Below, piece by piece: positions 30,517 through 41,225 of a stretch of DNA of 64,000 nt; positions within the stretch are counted from its first letter, which is position 1, and the number at the start of each line of letters is the position of its first letter. The position numbers and the translations under genes were made by a program. The DNA lies in the NCBI GenBank assembly GCA_041394725.1, contig JAWKHR010000033.1:5836-69835 (forward strand), in the 5' to 3' direction. The notes under the pieces are model-generated. The model was not told the DNA's origin, did no database searches, and was given only the letters and a program-made list of their open reading frames with translations. This stretch comes from Vicinamibacterales bacterium (GTDB lineage Bacteria > Acidobacteriota > Vicinamibacteria > Vicinamibacterales > SCN-69-37).

Positions 30517-30517
30517 A

Positions 30518-30537
30518 CCGGGTCCTCCAGGACCCGG
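30518..30537 (+). terminator. GC hairpin after the Fis-type gene (CCGGGTCC-TCCA-GGACCCGG), no U-tract
   Basis: A perfect 8-bp stem lies 2 nt after the stop codon. It has no T-run, so a terminator function is uncertain. Confidence 0.3.
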
Positions 30538-30599
30538 GCCCAGCCCCAGGCTCCCTGGGACCTTGTGTCCAGGCGGTCCCCTGGGCCCCTGGGCCCCTC

Positions 30600-30629
30600 T
30601 TGACCTTCCCCTCGTCCCTTTTCTAGAAT
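30600..30629 (+). promoter_or_regulatory. sigma70-type promoter of groESL (TTGACC-18 nt-TAGAAT)
   Basis: The -35 TTGACC is at 30600-30605 and the -10 TAGAAT at 30624-30629. The CIRCE element abuts it immediately downstream. Confidence 0.55.
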
Positions 30630-30655
30630 TAGCAGTCGGTCACGGCGACTGCTAA
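30629..30655. promoter_or_regulatory. CIRCE-like HrcA operator (TTAGCAGTC-N9-GACTGCTAA)
   Basis: This is a perfect 9-bp inverted repeat with a 9-nt spacer, overlapping the -10/TSS upstream of groES. It differs from the canonical TTAGCACTC-N9-GAGTGCTAA at one symmetric position. Confidence 0.8.
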
Positions 30656-30772
30656 CAGACTGTAACGTGGACTGCCAGCAGCCGCTCCCCAAGAGTTTTC
30701 ACCCCGGCCTGGCCGGGCCCGAGTCCGGGTTCCGGCCAGCCGGCTGTACGCACCGCACGGGAAAGGACAGCC

Positions 30773-31060
30773 ATGAAGGTCAGACCACTGCACGACCGCA
30801 TCATCGTCCAGCGCATCGAAGAGGGTGAGCAGCGCGTGGGCGGCATCATCATCCCCGATTCCGCCAAGGAGAAGCCGCAGCAGGGCAAGGTCGTCGCGGC
30901 CGGCAAGGGCAAGGTCGAGAAGGACGGCAAGGTGACGCCGCTCGACGTCAAGGCGGGAGACACGATCCTCTTCGGCAAGTACTCGGGCCAGGAGATCAAG
31001 ATCGACGGCGAGGAGTACCTCATCATGCGCGAGGAAGAGGTCCTCGGCGTCATCGAGTAG
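30773..31060 (+). CDS. groES: co-chaperonin GroES
   Basis: The sequence is [44 protein letters not shown].... Confidence 0.97.
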   Translation: MKVRPLHDRIIVQRIEEGEQRVGGIIIPDSAKEKPQQGKVVAAGKGKVEKDGKVTPLDVKAGDTILFGKYSGQEIKIDGEEYLIMREEEVLGVIE

Positions 31061-31096
31061 CCCTTCGGATTCCCGAGAGTTTTTCCAACGGAGTGA

Positions 31097-32728
<1,632 letters not shown>

Positions 32729-32762
32729 GCCGGCACGCGCGGAACGTGGAACTTCGACGCTA

Positions 32763-32881
32763 GACGTTCGAACGCCGAAAGTCGAAAGGCCCGGCTGGCC
32801 ATGCCAGCCGGGCCTTTTTCTTGTCTGACTTCGTTGAAACAAGGTCGCGCCGAAGGCGCCACCATGATTCGACGTTCGAAC
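32763..32881. repeat. two exact copies of GACGTTCGAAC (32763-32773, 32871-32881) flanking the groEL terminator
   Basis: The copies are read directly from the sequence. The first copy contains the perfect 10-nt palindrome CGTTCGAACG (32765-32774). Confidence 0.5.
32787..32819 (+). terminator. rho-independent terminator of groESL
   Basis: A 12-bp stem (AGGCCCGGCTGG / CCAGCCGGGCCT) has a 5-nt loop. The last stem T starts a TTTTT run. Confidence 0.8.
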
Positions 32882-32923
32882 TTCCCGGTTCGAAGTTTCG
32901 CGAACGCCCCGCAGGGGCCGTCC

Positions 32924-33793
32924 CTAATGCAGCCGGAACTCGAGGATCAGCGTCACCTGCACCGGGACCGCGCGGCCCTGGAACATGCCGGGCTTGAAGC
33001 GCCAGAGCTTGGCCGCCTTCATGGCCTCCTGGTCCAGGCCGAAGGTGCGATCGAGCGACCGGGCGACGCGCACGTCACCGACCGTGCCGTCGGGCATGAC
33101 GATCACGTCGAGCCAGACCTCGCCCTGGATCTTGGCGCGCATGGCCTCGCTCGTGTACTTCGGGTCTTCCTTGCGGAGGAGCGTCGGGTTGCTCACGCCG
33201 GAGCCGGGCTGGTACGCCCCGCCGCCGAACCCGCCGCCTGTTCCCTCGCCCACGCCGTTGCCCGTGCCGGAGCCGATCCCGCCGCCCCGACCGCCGCCGC
33301 CATAGCTCGCGAGCGAGACCGAGTTGAGGCCCGACGCCTGGAGCACGGACGCGTCGGCCGTGACGACCGGCGTGTTCAGCACGGGAATCGGCGGCGGAGG
33401 CGTGACCGGAACCGGCGGCGGAGGCGTCACCGGAATCGGCTCGGGCGCCTTCGGCTTGGGAATCTCCATGGCCTTCGGCGGCGCCGGCGCGGGGCTGCCG
33501 CCCCCGCCGCCGCCCGGGCCTGGCGTCTGCAGGTGGACGACGAGATCCGCCTTGAGGGGCGGCGGCTCGAAGACCGACTGGGCCGGGCCGAGGCTGAACA
33601 CGAAGAGCACGAGCGCGAGCAGCAACCCGTGCAGCGCCAGCGACGCGCCGGACGCGCCCGTCAGGCGCTTGAGCCAGTGCTCGTCCTTGGGCCCGAACGT
33701 CGTGGTTGCCGCCAGCCAGCCGGAGGCCACGACGCCCTGACCGGCGCCCGACACCGTCACCGGCGTCTCTGGAATCTTCTTGTCCATGGACAC
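32924..33793 (-). CDS. tonB: energy transducer TonB family protein
   Basis: It has an N-terminal TM segment, a Pro-rich spacer (PIPVTPPPPVPVTPPPPIPV) and a C-terminal TonB_C (GEVWLDVIVMPDGTVGDVRVARS...AAKLWRFKPG). Confidence 0.8.
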   Translation of the reverse strand: MSMDKKIPETPVTVSGAGQGVVASGWLAATTTFGPKDEHWLKRLTGASGASLALHGLLLALVLFVFSLGPAQSVFEPPPLKADLVVHLQTPGPGGGGGGSPAPAPPKAMEIPKPKAPEPIPVTPPPPVPVTPPPPIPVLNTPVVTADASVLQASGLNSVSLASYGGGGRGGGIGSGTGNGVGEGTGGGFGGGAYQPGSGVSNPTLLRKEDPKYTSEAMRAKIQGEVWLDVIVMPDGTVGDVRVARSLDRTFGLDQEAMKAAKLWRFKPGMFQGRAVPVQVTLILEFRLH

Positions 33794-33979
33794 TTGACCC
33801 GTCTCAGACCAGTATACTCACCGCATCGGCCGCCTGTTTCCGTGACAAAACTGTGCAAGACCGATACCGCCCGTCACGCCCTGCCTGGGCGGGGTCCGTC
33901 CGCGGGCCTCGTCACCGGAACCTGACACCTGATTAGGACGTCCGACGCCCGCGGAAGGCCGCCCGGCGGCGGCCACGGG

Positions 33980-33987
33980 TGTAGAAT
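33980..33987 (+). promoter_or_regulatory. candidate extended -10 element (TGTAGAAT) upstream of tatA
   Basis: This TGn-TAGAAT lies 36 nt upstream of the tatA ATG. GGAG (34014-34017) lies between it and the ATG. No convincing -35 is present. Confidence 0.35.
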
Positions 33988-34023
33988 CGAAGAAGAGCGG
34001 CGGCTGAGATCCTGGAGCCCATC

Positions 34024-34170
34024 ATGCGCCTTGGCATTCCCGAACTCCTCGTCATCCTGTTCATCATCCTGCTGATCTTCGGATCGCGGCGCCTTCCGGA
34101 CCTCGCGAGCGGCCTCGGCAAGAGCATCAAGAACTTCAAGGACGCGACCAAGGACGGCGCCAAGGACTGA
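34024..34170 (+). CDS. tatA: twin-arginine translocase subunit TatA/E (48 aa)
   Basis: It is not in the ORF track because it is too short. My own translation is [48 protein letters not shown], which shows the canonical TatA TM helix, an FG hinge and an amphipathic helix. GGAG lies 6 nt upstream. Confidence 0.85.
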   Translation: MRLGIPELLVILFIILLIFGSRRLPDLASGLGKSIKNFKDATKDGAKD

Positions 34171-34191
34171 TCCCCGCGGGCCGTCCGGCCC

Positions 34192-36138
<1,947 letters not shown>

Positions 36139-36139
36139 G

Positions 36140-38453
36140 TCACCGCTTGCGCCCGCGGCCGCGCCCGCCCCGGCTCGCGGCCTTGCGGAAGGCCCGCTCG
36201 CGCGGGCCGGGGCGCGAAGGTCCGGCCCCAGCAGTCGGCGCGTGGACTCGCCGCGCGGACCGTGCTTCGTCCCCATGCCGTCCACTGTCCCTTCCCGTCC
36301 CGGGCGCCTTCGGCCGCCGCGCCTCCACCACCCGTTCCGTCTTCCGCGTGCTCGAGGATGTCGGTCAGGCCGAGGTCGATCTGCCGGCGTTCAGTCCACG
36401 CGATGACCTGGTGCCGACGCGGTCGCCCAGCCAAGATACCGGCCACGGCGATCGCCGCGCAGCGAGTGCGCGCGCTCCGGCTGGCCAGTCGTCGGCCATG
36501 GTCGAGATCATGGACCATGCCTTCCACGAGGTCTCGACCAGCTCGATGTAGGCCGAACGCCGACACGCCCGTGATGTAGCCGTCGAAGGTGTCGCCGACC
36601 TTGTCGGCCATGAACCGCACCTTCTTCCACTGCACGAGCTCGCGCTCGGCGTCCGCCGCGCGGCGCTCGCGCTCGGACGTGTGGCGCGCGATCTCGGGCA
36701 TCTCCTCCGCGAGTTCCTCGCGGCGTTCCTCGTCGAGCCCGTGGCGCGGGCCCGCAGCACGCGGTGGACGACGAGATCCGGGTATCGCCGGATGGGCGCG
36801 TGAAGTGCGTACATACCTCGGCCGCGAGGCAAAATGGCCCAGGTTCACCGGGTCGTAGCGCGCCTTCTGCATCGTCCGCAACAGGAGGAAGGCGATCGGC
36901 TTCTCCTCGGGCGTGCCCTGGATCTTTGCACGACTTCTGGAGGTCGCCCGGCGCGGGATCGCCCTTGGTGCCGGGCGTGTGCTTGAGCGTCGAGATGAAC
37001 TCCTCGAAGACCTCGACTTTCGCAGGGTCGGGGCCTCGTGGGCGCGGTACGCGCCAGCACGTGGTGCGCCTCGAGGTGGCTCGCGACGGTCTCGTTCGCG
37101 AGGCGTATCTCGATGATCCGGTGCGCGACGTTGCGCTCCGCCGCGACGATGGTCTCGACAGGCCTATCGTCGTCGAGCACGAACTCCGCCTCCTTCAGGT
37201 CGAGTCGATCGACCCGCGCCGCTGCCGGCGACGTGCCGCTCGAAGAGCGCGTGCAGGCAGCTCGGGCAGCGGCACGAGCGGCGCGTGCTCCTCGCGGAGC
37301 GCGGCGTCACGGTCGGTGAGGATCGCGTTGACCTGGGTGTAGGTCATCCGGGCATGGCTGCGGATGACGCCATCGTGCAGCTCGTGCGCACGACCCGGCC
37401 GTTCCGCCGGTCCACCTCCATCAGGCACGACTGGACCAGCCGGTCGACGTGCGGGTTCAGGCTGCACAGCCCGGTCGAGAGCGAGGACGGGAACATGTGG
37501 ACCGCGCGCTCGGGGAAATACACCGAGGTGCCGCGCTCGTAGGCGTCCGCGTCGAGCGCGCTGCCCTCCGTCACGTAGTGCGCCACGTCGGCGATGTGCA
37601 CCGCGAGCCAGTAGTTGCCGTTCGGCAGCTCGTCGAGCGAGAGGGCGTCGTCGAAGTCGCGGGCGTGCTCGCCGTCGATCGTGACCGTCGGCCAGTCGCG
37701 GAAATCCGTCCGGCCCCGGATGTCCTTCGGGCGGACCGTGTCCCCGAGCCGGCGCGCCTCGGCCTCCGCCTCCGCGCCGTGCGCGTCGGGCAGGTTGTAC
37801 TTGGCAATCATCACGGCCGTGTCCACGCCCGGGTCCTCGAGCGCGCCGAGCACGTCGATGACGCGGCCCAGGGCGGGGCGGGTCGGCGTGGGCCAGCGCG
37901 TGATCTGGGCCAGGACCATCTGGCCGGGCTCGGCCCCGCGCGCGTCGGCGGGCGGCACCTGCAGGTCCATCATCACGCGCCGGTCGAACGGCACGACGAA
38001 GCCGAGGCCCGACTCGTCGCGCTCGTACCGGCCGACGATCCGCTCGGCGCCGCGCTCCAGGATCCGCACGATGCGGCCCTCGGCGCGTGCCGCGTCGCGC
38101 CGGTGCTCGACCCGGACGACCACGCGATCGCCATGGACCGCCTGGTTGAGGTTGTTGCCGGCGATGTAGATCCCGCGCGGGTGTTCCTCGTCCGGGGTCT
38201 CCGGATCCACGAACGCGAAGCCGCGCGTGTTGATCGAGACACGGCCCACGACCAGGTTCATCAGGTCGGGCAGGCCGAACCGGTGCCCGCGGATCTCGAT
38301 CAGCGCGCCCGACGCCACGAGGGACTTGAGGCGGCGCTTGAAGGCCGGGCGTTCGTCCCGGGCGATGCGCAGGACCTGGAGGAGTTCGCGCGCGGTCGCG
38401 GGATGGTCCACCCGCTCTCGCATGAGTCGAAGGACGTCGTCGTCGGACAGCAT
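36140..38453 (-). pseudogene. rnr: ribonuclease R, intact for the first ~370 codons then split over all three frames (multiple frameshifts, possibly sequence error)
   Basis: ORF 37344..38483 holds the N-terminal OB folds and the start of the RNB domain. The continuation is scattered: HELHDGVIRSHARMTYTQVNAIL (37195..37467), ERNVAHRIIEI.LANETVASHLEAHHV (36845..37180), LLRTMQKARYDPVNLGHF and DEERREELAEEMPEIARHTSERERRAADAERELVQWKKVRFMADKVGDTFDGYITGVSAFGL (36069..36881), APIRRYPDLVVHRVLRA (36365..36832), and the basic tail [14 protein letters not shown] (36140..36331). Confidence 0.85.
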
Positions 38454-38515
38454 GTGTCTGGTCAGTCTACCTTTCCCACCCAACCGGAGGCCCGGCCGCG
38501 TGGTCTACTGGTCTG

Positions 38516-39178
38516 GTGACGGTGCACGCCGCCGACCTCGTGTCGATGCTCAGGCCCGCTTCCCCCGCCGCGTCCGCCAGCCAGGGTGGCCTCGGCGAGG
38601 AGTCGCGCGAGACCGCGCAGGTCCGCGCGTGGCTCGACGCGGCGCGCGCGGGAGACCGCGAGGCCTTCGGTGCGCTGGTGGGCCTCCACCAGTCGGCCGT
38701 GTTCCGGACCGCCCTCGCCGCGCTCGGCGACCCGGCCGAGGCCGAGGACGTCGCCCAGGAGGCGTTCGTGGTCGCCTGGCGCAAGCTCGGCGCGTTTCGT
38801 GGCGACGCGACGTTCCGGACGTGGCTGCTGACGATCACCTGGCGCAAGGCGCTCGATCGCCGGCGAGGCTGGCGGCTGCGCCGGCAGCGCCGGGTCGAGC
38901 CCGTGGCCGCCGAACGCGAGGATCCCATCGAGCGACTGCCGGTGACGGATCCCGATCCCGAACGCGCGGCGGTCGCGGCGGACCTGCTCCGACGCGTCAC
39001 CGCGTGCATCCACCGCCTGTCGCCCACGCTTCGCGACACGTTGCTGCTGGCCGCCTCTGGCGAACACACGTACGACCAGATTGCCGCGCTGCTCGGCGTG
39101 CCGGTGGGCACCGTCAAGTGGCGCGTCTCCGAGGCGAGGCGCGGTGACGCGCGATCTCGGCGCGGCCCGGGGTCCTGA
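38516..39178 (+). CDS. ECF-type RNA polymerase sigma factor (sigma-70 family, group 4)
   Basis: Region 2 is AEDVAQEAFVVAWRKL. Region 4 is TYDQIAALLGVPVGTVKWRVSEARR. The extreme C-terminus may be affected by the downstream frameshift block. Confidence 0.85.
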   Translation: MTVHAADLVSMLRPASPAASASQGGLGEESRETAQVRAWLDAARAGDREAFGALVGLHQSAVFRTALAALGDPAEAEDVAQEAFVVAWRKLGAFRGDATFRTWLLTITWRKALDRRRGWRLRRQRRVEPVAAEREDPIERLPVTDPDPERAAVAADLLRRVTACIHRLSPTLRDTLLLAASGEHTYDQIAALLGVPVGTVKWRVSEARRGDARSRRGPGS

Positions 39179-39210
39179 CGAGGAGGACGGTCGCGGCGTC
39201 TCACGACGCG

Positions 39211-39716
39211 ATGGATCACGCCATCGACCTGGCCGCGCGCGGCATCGTGGACGCGCCGGTGCCACGACCTGCTGCGATCGCGTGATCGCGCGACTGCCGG
39301 CCGGACAGCCGCCGGCCGCAGTGGGTCGCGTGGGTCGCACCGGTGGCGGCCGTCGCTGCCACCACGGCCATCGTCGTGACGGTGCGGGCTCTGGGCGTGC
39401 CGGAGCCCGCGCCGACACTGCCCGCCGTCGGGCCGGTGCCGGCGATCGGGACCGCGGCGGCCGAGGCGTCGCGCTGCCGCCGGCCGTCGTGCCGGCGCCA
39501 CGGCCGATCGACACGATCGCGCCGCCGGAACCGAGCGCGGCCGAGCGCGCGTGGGAAGCCCGCGCGGTGCCCGCCCTGGCCGACCCGGATCCGGTGACGA
39601 TTGTCGCGATCCAACCGGCACCGCCCGAGATCCCTCTACTGGGAGTCACGCCGCTCGCGACCGCGCCGCTCGTCATGCCGCCCGTCGGCGGAGGCGCGCC
39701 ACGGGATCGGCGCTGA
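39211..39716 (+). pseudogene. candidate anti-sigma factor, reading frame broken at least twice
   Basis: The pieces are MDHAIDLAARGIVDAPVP, then DRVIARLPAGQPP (frame of ORF 39081..39716), then a TM segment WVAWVAPVAAVAATTAIVVTV (frame of ORF 39343..39597), then a Pro/Ala-rich tail ending at 39716. The position directly after an ECF sigma gene supports the call. The boundaries are approximate. Confidence 0.35.
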
Positions 39717-39738
39717 CCCGAGGACGAAAGGACACCCG

Positions 39739-40422
39739 ATGCGTCAGTCACTCTTCGCCGCCGCCCTGCTTGCGGTCGCCGTCCCGGCGATCGCCGCCGC
39801 CCAGGTCCCGACCACGCCGGTCACGCCCGCCGCGCCGCCATCCGCGCTGCTCGTGCGGCCACCCGCCGGACCGGCGACGCCGGCGCCCGTGCGCGCCGGC
39901 CAGGCCGTGTCCACACGGCCGCCGTCGGCCACGGCCGCCGTGCCCGCCGCGCCGCCCCAGCCGCGGGCGCAGCAGACGCCGCGTGCCGTGCGCCGCAACG
40001 TCAAGCTCGATCTCGCCATCACCGACACGTACGGCGGCACGCCGACGACGAAGACCGTCACCGTGCTGATCGCCAGCGGCGAGAACGGCATGATCCGCAC
40101 GGCCAACCGCCTGACGAACGGCATGGGCGTGGAGTTGAACGTCGATGCCACCGCCCAGATCCAGCCCGTGGCGGGCCCGAATGGCGTCGAGAGCATCTGG
40201 GTCCGCGTGACGTTCGAGTACACGCCCGCGCAGGGTGAGAACCAGAACGGCACCTCCACGAATCCGATGACGGGCGCCATGCAGCCGCAGCATCCCGCGC
40301 AGTTGCACGAAAGCCTCACCGTCGTGCTCGAGGACGGCACGCCGCTGCTGGTGTCGCAGTCGGCGGACCCGGCCACCGAGCGGCAGGTGAAGGTGGAGCT
40401 GACGGCGACGATCCAGCGGTAG
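39739..40422 (+). CDS. secreted protein of unknown function (227 aa)
   Basis: It lies inside ORF 39601..40422. The ATG at 39739 is preceded by AGGACGAAAGGA. It has a signal peptide (MRQSLFAAALLAVAVPAIAAAQ), a Pro/Ala-rich linker and a beta-rich C-terminal domain. Confidence 0.6.
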   Translation: MRQSLFAAALLAVAVPAIAAAQVPTTPVTPAAPPSALLVRPPAGPATPAPVRAGQAVSTRPPSATAAVPAAPPQPRAQQTPRAVRRNVKLDLAITDTYGGTPTTKTVTVLIASGENGMIRTANRLTNGMGVELNVDATAQIQPVAGPNGVESIWVRVTFEYTPAQGENQNGTSTNPMTGAMQPQHPAQLHESLTVVLEDGTPLLVSQSADPATERQVKVELTATIQR

Positions 40423-40434
40423 GCGTCCTGCGGC

Positions 40435-40833
40435 TCAGCGGGCGGCGTCGAGCGCGTCGAGCGCCTGCGTGGCGGCGCTCTGCGCCGCCTGGTCGAGCGA
40501 GGACGCGAGGCGCTGCGCGTCGCGCAGCTGGGCGAGCACGATCTCCAGCCGGCCCGCGCGCTCGGCGAGCCCGACTTCCCGGAGCGCCGCCTGCAGCTGC
40601 TCGACCTTGGCGCGGGCTTCCTCGAACCGCGCGCTCGCGTTGCCGAAGTTCACGGTGAAGAGATCCACGCGGCCCTGGAGCACGAGCGCCCGTGCCTCCG
40701 CGAATCCCGCGCGCTCCTCGAGCGCGCGCTGCTCCTGCACGAGGGCCGCCCGTCCGGATCCTCCGATCATCCACCCGATCCCGAACGCGACGGTCACGGC
40801 CAGCGCGATCCACCCGACGGATTTGAGGGTCAC
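40435..40833 (-). CDS. membrane-anchored coiled-coil protein, unknown function (132 aa)
   Basis: It has a GTG start, an N-terminal TM helix (VGWIALAVTVAFGIGWMIGG), an Ala/Glu/Arg/Leu-rich helical region and high GC3. Confidence 0.5.
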   Translation of the reverse strand: MTLKSVGWIALAVTVAFGIGWMIGGSGRAALVQEQRALEERAGFAEARALVLQGRVDLFTVNFGNASARFEEARAKVEQLQAALREVGLAERAGRLEIVLAQLRDAQRLASSLDQAAQSAATQALDALDAAR

Positions 40834-40857
40834 CGGAAGCGGCGATGGGCTGGGGGA

Positions 40858-41172
40858 CTAGTGAAGGGTGCGGGGTTCGGACCAGGCGGAGAGGTTGGTG
40901 ACGAGGTCGAGCTTTCTGAGGAGCTGTCCGATGACCTCGCAGGCATCGGGTCGTTGGCACAGCTGCTCAATCTGGCTCATGACCCTGGAGAGTGCATCCT
41001 CGGCCTGCTCGATGGCGCGGTCCGAGAAGTACTCGCGTTGCTGTTCCAGGACCCGCCGATGTCGGGCGAACTCCTCGCGGAAGAACTCCGCGAGACACTG
41101 ACAGGGAGAGCCGGAAAGCGGCAGGTAATAACCTGAATCGTCGACCGTTGTCAGACGAGTTTTCAAGGCCAT
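40858..41172 (-). CDS. orphan hypothetical protein (104 aa, four Cys), lower-GC gene
   Basis: GC3 is high from about codon 27 onward, which supports this strand and frame over the opposite-strand ORFs 40861..41136 and 40868..41101. I recognise no family. A hand count gives 185 G+C in 300 nt (40861-41160). Confidence 0.5.
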   Translation of the reverse strand: MALKTRLTTVDDSGYYLPLSGSPCQCLAEFFREEFARHRRVLEQQREYFSDRAIEQAEDALSRVMSQIEQLCQRPDACEVIGQLLRKLDLVTNLSAWSEPRTLH

Positions 41173-41189
41173 TTCGCAGGGACCTTTCG

Positions 41190-41218
41190 ATCTTAGGTAT
41201 CCCGCCGCCGAAAGTCAA
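41190..41218 (-). promoter_or_regulatory. sigma70-type promoter for the 104-aa ORF (TTGACT-17 nt-TAAGAT on the reverse strand)
   Basis: On the reverse strand the sequence reads TTGACT TTCGGCGGCGGGATACC TAAGAT. The -10 ends 17 nt before the ATG at 41172. Confidence 0.4.
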
Positions 41219-41225
41219 ACCGTCG

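Noticed and set aside
33794-33818. TTGACC ... TATACT as a tatA/tonB intergenic promoter
   Set aside because: The spacer is only 13 nt, too short for a sigma70 -35/-10 pair. AGTATACT is a palindrome and might serve as a -10 for tonB on the other strand, but I cannot support that further.
33933-34163. 76-aa reverse-strand ORF in the tonB-selB gap
   Set aside because: It overlaps the textbook tatA on the plus strand. Its translation ([28 protein letters not shown]...) is not protein-like.
38454-38515. ECF-type promoter upstream of the first ECF sigma gene
   Set aside because: The only AAC...CGT pair (CCAACC-N14-CGTGG) has the wrong spacing, and the GTAAAC/CGTAA half-sites seen at 45495 and 48050 are absent.
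40938-40955. TGGCAC string as a possible sigma-54 promoter (a sigma-54-dependent regulator is encoded in the window)
   Set aside because: The -12 GC element is not at the required spacing (TGGCACAGCTGCTCA), and the site lies inside a coding region. Other TGGCAC occurrences (about 8284 and about 21983) also fail the -12 test.
40861-41136. Plus-strand ORFs (91 and 77 aa) opposite the 104-aa orphan gene
   Set aside because: The third-position GC pattern and the promoter (TTGACT-17-TAAGAT) favour the reverse strand. No start context or motif supports the plus-strand ORFs. The confidence of this choice is only moderate.
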